63,962 nucleotides of DNA, filler included, from Octopus bimaculoides (GCF_001194135.2; 5 parts of 4 records of this genome joined end to end with filler, not necessarily neighbours in it), one strand, 5' to 3'; counted from the whole stretch's first letter, positions 36,492-49,659 are shown. Program-made: numbers and translations. The notes: generated by a model from the letters alone, not told the origin.

Positions 36492-37295
36492 NNNNNNNNN
36501 NNNNNNNNNNNNNNNNNNNNNNNNNNNNNNNNNNNNNNNNNNNNNNNNNNNNNNNNNNNNNNNNNNNNNNNNNNNNNNNNNNNNNNNNNNNNNNNNNNNN
36601 NNNNNNNNNNNNNNNNNNNNNNNNNNNNNNNNNNNNNNNNNNNNNNNNNNNNNNNNNNNNNNNNNNNNNNNNNNNNNNNNNNNNNNNNNNNNNNNNNNNN
36701 NNNNNNNNNNNNNNNNNNNNNNNNNNNNNNNNNNNNNNNNNNNNNNNNNNNNNNNNNNNNNNNNNNNNNNNNNNNNNNNNNNNNNNNNNNNNNNNNNNNN
36801 NNNNNNNNNNNNNNNNNNNNNNNNNNNNNNNNNNNNNNNNNNNNNNNNNNNNNNNNNNNNNNNNNNNNNNNNNNNNNNNNNNNNNNNNNNNNNNNNNNNN
36901 NNNNNNNNNNNNNNNNNNNNNNNNNNNNNNNNNNNNNNNNNNNNNNNNNNNNNNNNNNNNNNNNNNNNNNNNNNNNNNNNNNNNNNNNNNNNNNNNNNNN
37001 NNNNNNNNNNNNNNNNNNNNNNNNNNNNNNNNNNNNNNNNNNNNNNNNNNNNNNNNNNNNNNNNNNNNNNNNNNNNNNNNNNNNNNNNNNNNNNNNNNNN
37101 NNNNNNNNNNNNNNNNNNNNNNNNNNNNNNNNNNNNNNNNNNNNNNNNNNNNNNNNNNNNNNNNNNNNNNNNNNNNNNNNNNNNNNNNNNNNNNNNNNNN
37201 NNNNNNNNNNNNNNNNNNNNNNNNNNNNNNNNNNNNNNNNNNNNNNNNNNNNNNNNNNNNNNNNNNNNNNNNNNNNNNNNNNNNNNNNNNNNACT

Positions 37296-37600
37296 ACTCC
37301 AGTACTTATTTTGAAGCCTAGTACATATTCTATCGGTATCTTTTGCGAACCGCTAAGTTACAGGAGCATAAACACACCATCACGAGTTGTCATTGGGTGG
37401 TGGGACATGGACGGATACACACACACACACACATATTCGACGTGTTTCTTTCAGTTTCCGTCTACCAATTCCACTCACAAGGTTTTGGTCGGCCCGAAAC
37501 TATAGCAGAAAACACTTGTCCAAGGTTCCACACAGTGGGACTGAACCCGGGACCATGTGGTTGGGAAGCAAACTTCTTACCACACAGCCACGCCTGCGCC
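37296..37600 (-). mobile_element. SINE family A
   Basis: gcgaaccgctaagttac...ctaccaattccactcacaagg...ggactgaacccgggaccatgtggttgggaagcaaacttcttaccacacagccacgcc. Confidence 0.85.
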
Positions 37601-38542
37601 TATAATGAAGTCGTACTGGCATCGATCGAGGTGGGAAAAAAGTATGATAAAATAAATCACGGCAAGAGCACTTTTGATTTCTAGTCTTCTCAGGTAACTT
37701 TAGAGTACCATTGAAGACTTGAGAACATACCATCAAATGAAAAGTGAGTGGGTGGGGGATCAAATCCATGTACTTCAGTAGGGGGTCAGTTTGAAGTATT
37801 GCTGACACAGATATTCTTTTATTCTTTTACTTGTATCAGTCATTTGACTGCGACCATGTTTGAGCGACCATGTTTGAGCGACGCCTTGAGGGGTTTTAAT
37901 CTTTGTAGCCACTCAATCTGCTAGAAATAACAGACAAATACCTCCTTACCCCATCCTCAGATAATGATTTTTTTTAGGAAACTAGTGGTTGCCCATGCAT
38001 GTAGGCATATTTTTTCCGTATCGGTGTTGTTTATCCAAGAAAATCTGTCGAATTGGGCCGATGCAACTTGACAACAGTGTTGTCACCGCCGTCGTAGGCG
38101 TTGCTATCAGAACGCCCCCCCCCCCGAAAACACTACAAATACTACGAGCAATCTCGTCCGACCTAACAGTTTCGTCAATCTACATTAGTAATTTTTTTCT
38201 ATTGACCCCCGAAAATTGATCTCAGCAGGATTTGAATTCAGAACGCAGTCAACACATACTACGAGGCATTGTATCCTACACTCTAACGTCAAGTAGCGTA
38301 GCTAAGAGAGCAAGGGAAAGGGGTGATCCGCACCTGGACAACACCTTTATGGTGGCGGCACTTTTGGCTCTACAATATAAACCTGAATAAGGGATGAGGA
38401 ACAGCAAACAATTAGTCACCTTGGTAACACTTATACAATCAGAAAAAAAAATCATAAGGGACACATTTGACAAATGCAGTTCTAATCATATAAAAGACGT
38501 AATAATCTCGGCTGGAACACCTTTAGGTAATAGGTCTGCCTG

Positions 38543-38581
38543 GTCTTGACGTTTCAGACACAAGTCCTTCATCAGAAACTT
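38543..38581 (-). ncRNA. Degenerate minimal type-I hammerhead ribozyme motif (Penelope-type)
   Basis: Minus strand reads agttt-CTGATGA-A-GGAC-ttgt-GTCT-GAAAC-GTC-aagac: core, stem II, palindromic ACGT stem III and a GUC site. Stem I is partly mismatched. Confidence 0.5.
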
Positions 38582-40761
38582 AAAAGAATGTAGATGAAAG
38601 TGGAGTGGAAATAAAAAGAACGAGAAAAGGAGGTTGGAAAAAAGTATCTAATCATTTAACTTCAGTCAGATTCTCCCATCGTTAAACTTTCTTGCTGCTC
38701 TACTTAGAGTTCGTTCCCTTTCAAATAGGGGAACTTTATCAACAGCCTGACCTCCCCACTTATTAAGAGTTAATTCATCTTATATTGTCGGCACATATTC
38801 TCTTCCGCAAAGGAATAAAAAAAATTCTATATAATTTATTATTGCACCTTATTTTATCGGTGTTTAGTTTTAAAACATATGTGACTAGCATGGGGTTAAA
38901 AATATTTTCTTATCTTTTATAACACGTGTATCTGTATCTAGTACATGAGCATATGTAGTATTTGCTTTGTTTTAAACATTGACACATGATGCTATACTTA
39001 ATCTCACTGTGAGATTTTTGTAAAAAAATCTCTTTTCACTTCCATGTCAGGCTCCACCACTCGTTCTCTCTGAATCACATTCTCTCTTTTTCGTTCTCTC
39101 CCTTTCTCTCTCTCTCTCTCATTCCCTCTCCCAACATTCTTTTCCTTTTATCTGTCAATTNNNNNNNNNNNNNNNNNNNNNNNNNNNNNNNNNNNNNNNN
39201 NNNNNNNNNNNNNNNNNNNNNNNNNNNNNNNNNNNNNNNNNNNNNNNNNNNNNNNNNNNNNNNNNNNNNNNNNNNNNNNNNNNNNNNNNNNNNNNNNNNN
39301 NNNNNNNNNNNNNNNNNNNNNNNNNNNNNNNNNNNNNNNNNNNNNNNNNNNNNNNNNNNNNNNNNNNNNNNNNNNNNNNNNNNNNNNNNNNNNNNNNNNN
39401 NNNNNNNNNNNNNNNNNNNNNNNNNNNNNNNNNNNNNNNNNNNNNNNNNNNNNNNNNNNNNNNNNNNNNNNNNNNNNNNNNNNNNNNNNNNNNNNNNNNN
39501 NNNNNNNNNNNNNNNNNNNNNNNNNNNNNNNNNNNNNNNNNNNNNNNNNNNNNNNNNNNNNNNNNNNNNNNNNNNNNNNNNNNNNNNNNNNNNNNNNNNN
39601 NNNNNNNNNNNNNNNNNNNNTAATCGTATTTCGGCCAGAATTCTTTCGTCACACTTCTGTGACCTCATCAGTGGTCCTTTGCTTTCTTCTTTCTTATTTG
39701 TGTGTCTTTCCTTACTAACGATCAGTCATTCTGTATTCTGTATTCCTATTGTATGTGCCTTTATTTGCGCATGCGTATACCTCTATGTGTGTCTATATTT
39801 AGTAAGTGCGTATGGGGGGGGGGTGCATGTATTATCTGTATCCCCTGTTTATACACGTTCATTTAATTTATTTTAATTTATTTTTTTCAACTGTTTATAC
39901 CTACTTATTATTTTTTTCGATTGTTTCTTTTTCTGTATTTAATTTGATATATATATATCTACATACATATAAATGATGTGGTAAGGCTTCAACAAATAGA
40001 ATGGTACTCGGCCAGCTAAGAGAGTAAAGATAATGTTATAATAAAAACCACAAGGCTTACGAAATGCAATTACCCAAGTTTCCCTGGCCGAAACATTAAT
40101 TTGTTTCGTCAGTCTTCAAGATGCAATCAAGACCATTTGTCAGCTTCTTTTTAAGCAGATGACATTTGAACAAAGAACTCTCACAAGGAAGAAGACAAAA
40201 AGAAAAATACAAGGGAGATAACCATTGTTACAATAAAGGAATGTCAAAAAGACGTAAACCAGATATTAATGGTTAATGATGTATCTGGGAGCTTATTTTT
40301 AAATTCTGTCAAGATATACTGTTTAAAATGCGGACATAAAGAAAAGAATTTCGTAGTTGTTGGAGGCTCTCAAGTTCTTTATGAGATACAGTTTTTCAAA
40401 AAAAAAAAAAAAAAAACATTTAAAACTTCTTTTTGACCCGTTAATATTGGGTTTGGTTTGGGAAAAGATTTTCCTTTGGATTCGTTGTTGGTCTCTTCGT
40501 CTTTAACTTTCCAGATTAAAGCTGAAAGTGTATTTCAATGTCTCTTGCCACGGTGTCTGAAAGTCGAAAGATGTGTAGCATGTCTGTATTAGTTTTAGTT
40601 AAAACATGCATTTTTGGACTTCAAGGTAGGTTCACGTGACACTGTCAGTTTACACCTATACTCAGTCTGTGACTGGCTGAATTAACTAGCTCCCTCGGAC
40701 AGGCGTTCTCTGCTACGTCCGATTGTCTCTTACATAATGTACCTACCGTCATGATTCAATC

Positions 40762-42099
40762 GAGTTCCTTGACTTCCCCCCGTCTTGTTGATTGTTACTG
40801 AGCTGATTGATGTCTTTGTGTGGAACACGTGTGTTTTGCACTCTTGCAGCGGTGTTGTTCGACGTCTTCCATCTTATTAAATGGGAGAACGTCGTAGGTG
40901 CGTACCTTCGTAATGGAATACGAAGGTTTGAGTTCTTCTTCTTCAGATTTTGCGTCGTCTGAGGAAGAGTTGGTTACAAGTCTGAAGAGAATATACGAAG
41001 CAATGGAGGTGAAGAATTATGCGGAGGCAGTGAAAGAGGTAAGCGAAGACGTGTGTCTGGAGGAGTTGAGTAGATTCAAAGAAATGCTTAAAAGGGAGGG
41101 GAAACGACGTAAAGGTGTACCCCCCCCCCAAGAAGTTTTAAAGGAAAAAAAAAGAACAAAAAGCATTATTTACAGGACACAACAACCAAGAAAATTGAAA
41201 TCATGTCGAACGCTCAAGTCGAAAAGGCATTAAAACCAATCTGGCGAGGGATTTCTTACCTTGCCAGAGGAAGAAAGTTTGGAACGGTGGAAGTGCAGTT
41301 ACGAGAAGTAGCTACTGCTAGGCTGCATTCGGCAACACCCATAGAAACGGATGGAGTGGTGCTTCTACCCATATACTTTGGGAGACGTGCTTCAAGGGTT
41401 ACGGAGAAGATACACCCCCAGAAATAGATGTAGCCTGGCTCGCAACTGCCATACTGATGGGCACGGAAAAGAAAATACTGGCCCTCCAGTCCACCAGAAC
41501 ACTCCACAAGAACTGGCAAGGGCAGAGCCGAGATATGATAATCCAGGCGGCTCCGGAAGACCTTGAAAACATGGTCAAGACCATCACGGTCGAAGAGATG
41601 ACACTCAGGGTCAGAGTAGAAGGCAGGATCCCGTTGTGCTATAAATGTAGCCTGAAAGGCTACATTAGAGCGGACTGTCCTCCGCTACCTGTGAAGATTA
41701 AAGAGAGACACGAGAGCAGGAAGGAAATAGCGACTTCACCACCGACGAAAACCAGTACCAGCGCCGAGGAAGAGGAGGTGAACGAGGAAAAGAACGGATG
41801 GGAAACGGCTGGGAAAAAAAGAAGAAAGATTGGAAAAAAACACACTTTGTAAATGATGACCTCCATCTCACACCCACCCGACTCCCACACATACCCACTA
41901 TACCCAAACTTCTCCCTACAGACACCAACCCTCTCCACGTCCCACCTGACACAAAGACAAGCACACAGGAGCCCCAAACTTCCCCGAACGGTTTTATTTC
42001 ATTTATCATTTTATCTAATTTATCCTTTCCATCTGTTTTTGTTTCTGTCCCCACCATGTGCTGTCCCCACTGAGTTAGGCCCTGTGTGGCTAATAAATA
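40762..42099 (+). mobile_element. LINE-derived unit with frameshifted gag-like ORF1 (Zn knuckle), no ORF2
   Basis: ORF1 pieces MEYEGLSSSSS..., GISYLARGRKFGTVEV... and RVRVEGRIPLCYKCSLKGYIRADCP (CX2CX4[H>Y]X4C), then a T-rich 3' part ending ggctaataaa. Confidence 0.65.
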
Positions 42100-42590
42100 G
42101 AGTTCCTTGACTTCATCCGTCTTGTTGATTGCTGTTGAACTGCTGTCTTTGTGTGGAACACGTATGCTTTGCCGTCTTACAGCGGTGTTGTTCGAAGTCT
42201 TACATCTTGTTTGATGGTCATAGGTACGTACCTTCGTAATGGAATACGAAGCTTTGAGTTTTTCTTCTTCAGACCTTACGTTGTCTGAAGAAGAGCGAGT
42301 TAAAAGTCTGAAGAGAATATATGAAGCAATGGAGGTGAAGAATTATGCAGAGGCGGTGAAAGAGATAAGCGAAGACGTGTGTCTGGAGGAGTTGAGTAGA
42401 TTCAAAGAAATGCTTAAAAGAGTGGGGAACGACGTAAAGGAGTCCCCCCACCAAAGAAGTTTTAAAAGAAATAAAAGAAAAAACCATTATTTATAGGACG
42501 TACTCAGCAACAATCAAGAAAATTGAAATCATGTTCTGCTCAAGTCAAAAAGGCATTAAAAACAATCTGGCTAGGAAATTCTTACCATGC
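42100..42590 (+). mobile_element. Second head-to-tail, 3'-truncated copy of the 40762 unit
   Basis: Restarts at gagttccttgacttc. MEYEALSFSSSDLTLSEEERVKSLKRIYEAMEVKNYAEAVKEISEDVCLEELSRFKEMLKR is near-identical to the first copy. Confidence 0.8.
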
Positions 42591-43022
42591 AGTATGGTCC
42601 TCTACTAAATGGAGGTATTATATATCCAGAGGATAAATACACGGACTCCAACTATTCACTCTGTGGACTACCTATAGGCTGTCTGGCGAGTACAGAACCA
42701 TAATGGTTGGATAAATGAATGAATGGAAAGATGGAAGGAAAGACGGAGGGATGGACGGGCGGACGAATGGAAAGATGTATGGTACAAACGGACGGATACA
42801 TGGACGAACGAATTGAAAGCTGAATGGATAGATATACGAATGGATGACTGTCTGGAGAAACAGACAGATAAGAAGACAGTTAAACAGATAGATAAAATTC
42901 AAACGTTTTTATTCTTTTCTTAGATCGTTTCTAAAAAAGCTATTAGACCATGAAAACAGAAAATGGGGATTTACCAAGAAGTTACAAAGAAACGTGCAAC
43001 ACTATCATATTCTTTTAGTCAT

Positions 43023-44340
43023 GAAAGGCAATTCAGTCTTAAGTTATTCAGCTCCATTGATCTCTTCATATTTGTCATCTAATGCTTTTGTAATCGAAAG
43101 TTTGTAATGTTAAACGAACCAAAAACACCATTTTTCTGAAGGAAAGAGCAAGTGCACACATAAATCAAAACATTTTGCTTCAATATGCAATTTTGTTGAA
43201 GACTTTGGCAATAACGTCTTAATAGGGAAATCTGAGAATTTTAAAAGTAAAATTTGTAATCTTCCCCATGATCCAGGACACTGACCAAATGAATTATTAG
43301 TAATAAAAAGTGTTCGCATTACTATGAACGGGACATATTGCATCGATACAGTGCAGTTTTCAAAAAGATGCAAATAAACATTATTTCTCCTTGACGATGA
43401 TGCATAAGAAAATTAACAATGGTGAAAATTTTCTTAGAAAATGGCCTGTTTGTTCAGAGAAGATCGATGTAATTTATAGCATTTAAGTTATTGGCTTCCC
43501 TTTGAACTTCAAGTATTTAGCTGTAAGCAAGTTTAAAAATCTTATTGAGCTATTTGGAAAATTTGATCTGGCAATCAATGAACATTCACAGTGGGTTGTC
43601 TTGAAGAAAGTCACATTCACTACCGTGGGAAAATGTTCAGAATAAAACTATCAATTTGTTAGGAAATACTGTTCAGGAAAATATGTTAACCTGAGCTAAA
43701 GATGCCAAATATTTCAGTTCAGAGTGTATAGTCATGTGGAGTGGCTTTCAATTACAATACAATTTTTAGATACGTAACACATTTCAATCAAGAACATTTT
43801 GTTGGCTATAAACCAGTTATAGAAACTACAGATTATATAAAAAGTATGCTTAATTTTCTGAGACAGAGAAAGCTAGACTTACATAACTGCAGAGGTCAGT
43901 GATATGATAACAGTTCAGATATGAAAGGGAAAAATAAAGGCACCCAGCCTTTCTCATGTTTATAGTCATTCAGACAAATGACAGATTAAATCTTTTGGCA
44001 ATGTTGTCCATTAGAAATTATCTTTTTTTTTTAAAGACATATATAGAAAGTTGCTATGAAACATTTGCAGGAGTGAAGTCTAGAAAAATGATTTTGTTAG
44101 GATGATGACATTATTGCTAAAATCTTCAAGAATATTGCATATTCAGATATTATGTTTTGATTTATGTATGCAATTGCTCTTTCCTTCAGAAGATACTCTG
44201 ATTTTGGTTCGTTTGACTTTCAGTTACAAAAATTATCAGGAGAAAATTTTTTACATCTACAGTTTTTGTCACCATGAACTTGATGGAATATAACACACTT
44301 CTCTATTTGTTCAAATTCTTTCTTGATTTAAATGCCTTTT
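43023..44340. mobile_element. Old non-autonomous TIR element
   Basis: 43100-43220 and 44100-44216 are diverged reverse complements (aaacgaaccaaaa...ttctgaaggaaagagcaa[g/t]tgca[c/t]acataaatcaaaacat). Weaker similarity extends outward. Confidence 0.55.
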
Positions 44341-44562
44341 GTTGAGTCTATTTTTAATTGTTTTAAACTTATACGTGAGTGTGTGATTGTTCAGTTTTAT
44401 TTCAAGATTTCTTGCCAATAGAGCCAGTTTCTAGCCTAGATCCAAGGCTCTTTCATTGGAATTTCAATGTCAACAACAAGGTAGTTTTGTATGTATGTAT
44501 GTATGTATGTATGTATGTATGTATGTATGCATGTATGTATGTATGTATGTATGTATGTATGT

Positions 44563-47425
44563 ACGTATATGTGCAGATTTGTATATTTTGCTTTATGCAT
44601 GTATTCTCATGCATATAGTTGCATATCTAGACATGCTCATATATATTTAAATGCTAAACTTCTGGAAATTTTTACAGATTTTTACAGTTCCAATGACAGA
44701 TTGGATCTGTAGTCTTCGAATTAGCTTTCTCCTTTCTAGTTTTGAGAAGCTTAGTTTCTCAAGATTGGTATTTAGGCAGTGTGTTACATATCTCAGAGCC
44801 CCAATAATTACAGGTATAAACTTGAACTTGTAATCTGGATAGAGTAACTGCAGATTTTTCAATAGTTTAGCATAGGTATTCTCTTTCTCGCTGATCTTCA
44901 GCTTTATAACATACGCTGGGCAGCTAATTACCACAACTGTTCAGTCTCTCTCCTCTATCCCAAATCATTGTATCAGGTCTGTTGTGCTTACATTTTATTG
45001 AGGTCTTCACTGGGACATTCCACCAGTACTCCTTTTTATTATGAGTGGCTATGTCTTCTACCATACTTATTTCTTTGTCCTTGGGTTATCCTTCCAATGG
45101 ATTTCATTACAGAGTGTCCTAGCTACAACATCACATCTCATCGGTGATGACGTTTTCAGACAACTGATTATGATGTGGGTGATATCTTCAGTGTGAACTC
45201 CACAAAGTCTGCATCGGATGTCACATTTTACTGCTTCTCCAGCATCTCTATCCCTTTTGTGCATCAGGTATTTGGTTGATATTTCCTGTTCCTGGATTGA
45301 AAACACATACCCTTCAAAGTGAGAGGTAGTAATGTGGCAATTGGTCCATGATAGACTGCTTTCATGATCAATGTTGCTATCATCTCAGAGCTTTCTACTA
45401 ACATATCCATGCATAGTCTTCTGCTTATATAGACTCAACCTTTCATCTGATGATATCTTGCAGTAGAGTCGTGCGACTTTTTGGGGCATGTATTCTAGGT
45501 TATCAGACAAGGAATGTTACTCAGGCTGCTGCCTTCCAAGTCTTCTGATGTTATCAGCCTCATGTCTGCAAACTTGGTCAAGGGATGGACTTCAACACTT
45601 GATGATTATATGATGTTGCTGGAGGGATATGATATGACATTCAAAGACATTTTGGATTGATGTTAAGCCTCTGCCACCTTGTTTTCATTTTAGGTTGAGG
45701 CGGTCTACATTGCTGTTTATGTGGAAATTATATATGCTTGTTAGTATTTTTCGGGTTTTCGCATCAATGGTTTGGATCTCATCAAGTGTCCAATCAAGCA
45801 GCCCAAATGTTGGTATGAGTACTAGTACAGCAAACAGATTGTGGGCCACTGCTTTATTGAATGCAGAAAGTTCCGAGGTCCAAATTTTCTTTATTTGGCT
45901 GTAATATTCTTTAGTGACATGTGTTTTGTTACAGGTGTCATTGTAAGATATGTTTTCATCCACCCCTATATACCTGTAACATTCTTCATCAGATATAGGA
46001 GAAACAGTCAAACCATTGATGGAGATGTTACTAGTCTGGCTTATTGTTTTCCCCCTTTTCTCAACCATATAACAATATTTACTCTGACCAAACTCCAACC
46101 CTACATCCTCAGAGAATGTTGTAACTAGGCCAAGGCTCTTTTTCATCTCATGCATATTCTTCGCATAAAGTTTCAAGTCATCTACAAAGAAACAGTGTGT
46201 AATTTTAGTATTTCTGTTTCCTTGTGAACCAATGGGATATCATTCAGACTTCCTTAACATGAATGACAAGGGGTTTACAGAGAGACTGTCCTCTTGGAAT
46301 ATGCCTTTGCAATATTGTATTCTATCAGTGATAATACAGTTACTCTTTGTGTTTAATTTCAAGATGGTAGCCCACGATGAAGTTAGATCACCTATGACTT
46401 TGATTATGTTCACTGAAACTTTAGCAATTTGAAGGATTTCTAGCATCCATGAGTGGGGAACAGAGTCAAAGGCTTTCTTGTAGTCTAGTCACATTGAAAT
46501 TAGGTTCCTCCAATGCTCTCGCACCTCCCACATCTGTTTTGTTGATTAACAATTGCTCAGTGCATCCCCAGACTCCCTTCTTCCCAGTTGTTTGTTCTAT
46601 TGTGATGATGTTATTGGTTTCACAATGGTCCTGGAGGAAGAGATATGCTGTATAATCTTACACATCAAGTTCTGGCCTGCAATTGGCCGGTAGTTTTTTG
46701 TTATGTAGGTGGTTCTGTATTTGGAGATCAATTTTGTCTCTGCCAGAGCTGACCAATGTGGTATACTACTGTTCTCATTGAGAGTTTGATGGTACAGATT
46801 GATAAGACATGGTCAGTAGAAGGTTGGCTTCCTGTACCAATATCTAACAATCAAGTCACTTTTAGGTGCTTTTCCATCCTGGAGTTTCTGGATCACAGTT
46901 GCAAGAGTTTCACCATCAATGTTGTATGTCTTACGTGTAATGCAGGAACAATAACTTCTTCGGATTTCTTCCAGCCACAGAGAAAATTTTGGTTAAACAC
47001 CTTCCTTCACTCCAGATTTTCCTCCTGAAGGAGTCTATGTCTTCCCGTGAAGGAACTTCTGTGATGTTCACTACTCCTCTTCTCGTGTCTCTGTATACTG
47101 CTGCTTGGTTCTGATTAAATTTCTTGTTTATTGTTCTTCACTTGGTTATTCTCTTCTGATGCTGGAGTTTTTCACTGACAGCTTTTAGCTCCTGTCTGAG
47201 GGTAATCAGTTTGTAAGAGAGTGTCCTCTTTTTTGCGGTCTCCAAACATCATTTCTATCTCCTTCTTTATTTTCTGTTGATGGGACGTATAGTGATTTGC
47301 TTGTTTGCATGCAGTAAGCATTATCACATGACTGATGGTCTTCCGTAAACCAGTTATCTTTTTCTCTGTCTTCAAAACCCATGATGGTACTTCCTTTGTT
47401 GTTTCCGTTTTGTTTACTTTTTTGA
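44563..47425 (-). mobile_element. RLE-type (R4/Dong-like) non-LTR retrotransposon, 5'-truncated and degenerate, with (TACA)n tail
   Basis: RT (LDYKKAFDSVPHSWM, GIFQEDSLS, MKLYAKNM), GGRGL, CRLCGVHTEDITHIIISC finger and RLE end PVIIGAL...RRLQIQSVIGTVKICKNF. Flanked by (ATGT)n at 44488-44562 and 47428-47446. Confidence 0.88.
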
Positions 47426-47446
47426 ATGCATGTATATATGTATGTA

Positions 47447-49624
47447 TGTTTTGTATCCTTGTATTGAATATATAATATAACGAAGCAGGGAGGAAGAAAG
47501 TATATACACAATACACTGCTATTACTATTACATAAGACTCAATGCTTTAAATCAAAGGTTCACAGTGAACTACTTACCAATACGAACTGCCAATCAGTCA
47601 CAGTTCTTTAATTTATAACAATGAGCCAGTCCAACTTTAGTCACCTGGTGGGGTGGTCGGAATCTTTCCATGACATCTCCCCTTTTTAGAAACAGTCTCT
47701 GCTATCTTCTCCCCTTTTGAGAAGTGAACTCCACTCCGAGTTCACTTTTATGCTTAGGGTTCAATTCCAGTGGAAAAAAATCAGCACACACTCTGGTTTT
47801 ATAATTCTTTTTCTTAATGAACATAGTTGGTGAAATCCATTCAGAGTATTCCACTTTTTGGATAACTCCAACTTTTTCTAGTCTCTCTAACTCTAGGTTT
47901 ATTTGTTCTAATGCTGTGAACGGTACAGTTCGTTTTTGTTTAAATACTGGTATGCCATTTTCTTTTATTTGAAACTGTGCCTTTGTTTTGGTACATAGAC
48001 CTAATTTATCAGACAGAACTTCAGGAAAAATATTAAAAAATTTTTTTTTCAATTTGTCTGACGACTTATTTGTACTGGAGGGAAAACCATTTACATTTTT
48101 ATGGAGAAGATTTATGGAGCAGTCCCATAAATTAAACAATTCCATCCAACCAGTACAGAACAAGCTTGTATTATTTAACACAAAAACTTTAGCCTTTAAG
48201 GTTTTTTTACGAAATGTAATGTTATTTATCAATTCACCCTTAAAATATAATTTTTTGTCCTGAAACAACACAGGCAATTTTCAAAGTTTCATTTAATTTA
48301 GGTCTCCTGATTTTTTTTCATGTATCTCTGTTAATACATGAGATGTCGCTGCATGCATCCACTTGTAACTTTACGTTTGTGTTATTAATTTTTACATACA
48401 AAAATTTCCTTTGAGGGTTGTTCATATTTTTTGTCACCAATAATCTGTTTATGTGATTTTATCTGTTGAACTGTTTTTTAGGTTCTGTCCTAGAATGCGA
48501 CCGACTTTTTATGGCCTATTTTACCACACTTAAAGCATTTTATATTTTTAAATGGACAATTATTTTTAAAATGTATATCACTGCACCCATAACATGGATT
48601 TGGTCCTGATATTTTTTGTTTATTTTCTTATTCATTACCGGTCAACATGCTTGAATCTGAGAACAATCTTTCTCTTCAATTTTATTTGCGTCATGTCGTA
48701 GATAAATAATCCTCAAACATTTTTCTGCCACTACCTGCAGAGTTAAATTTTGGTCCTGGAAATGTATGTCTGCATCTTCGTTTGCAGGAAGCCCTTGAAC
48801 AAAAATTAAACACTTGAACATGTCCAGGGTCAACTTATTCAATTTGAATTTCTCACACTCTGTTAACCACTCCAGAATAGGTGACAAAATCTTCATCATC
48901 TTATTCAATTAAATTTAAACAAATCTCATCTAGCTTCTTCAGCAAAATATAATTACTATATTTTTTGTGTACAGCAGGGAATAACTTTCTTAAAAGTAAT
49001 TGTACTTTTTTCTCATTGGACCAACTTTTACACTCTTCTTCAAAGATTTCTTCACATCTACAAAAAATATGCAGAGAAGGTAGTACCTTCTGGTTTATAG
49101 CTGAATTCTTCAATTGAGTTTGCTACACTGTCTGGCGAGTATGAACCTGAAGTATTTTCAGACTTCCTCTACATTAATTCCAGCAGCAACTGTTGGTTTT
49201 GTTGTTGTTGCTGTTGTAGTTGCTGCTGCTGCAATTCCTGCTGTAACTGCTGTTGTTGCTACTGTTACTGTTGCAACTGCACCATAAGTCTTCTATGTTA
49301 AAACAATGTTTTCTTTGGTTTCGTACCAAACGAAAAAAATACTTTTAATGTCCAACACAAGCTTAGAACAACTCATCACCACATTTATATCCTTGTGTTG
49401 GATATATAATATAACAAATCAAAGGGAAGAAAGTATATACACAACACACTTCTATTACTATTACATGAGACTCACCACTCTATATCAAAGGCTTACAGTG
49501 AACTGTTTACCAACACGAACTGCCAATCACTCACAGTTCTTTAACTTATATTAATGAGTCAGTCCACCTTTAGTCACTGGGTAGGCGAAGGGGGGGGGGT
49601 CCTGGTCGGAATCCTTCCACAACA
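47447..49624 (-). mobile_element. Internally deleted Gypsy-type LTR retrotransposon with both LTRs
   Basis: 5' LTR at 49382-49624 starts TGTTGTGG. PBS-like TGGTGATGAG at 49372-49381. Gag FCRCEEIFEEE...KVQLLLRKL, then RT start FPEVLSDKLGLCTKTKA...WISPTMFIKKKNYKTRVCADF, truncated. PPT AAAAAGGGGAGA at 47676-47687. 3' LTR at 47447-47675 starts TGTCATGG and ends CA. The LTRs are about 85% similar by eye. Confidence 0.9.
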
Positions 49625-49659
49625 GTATGTATGTATGTATGTGTGCATGGGGGTGCATG

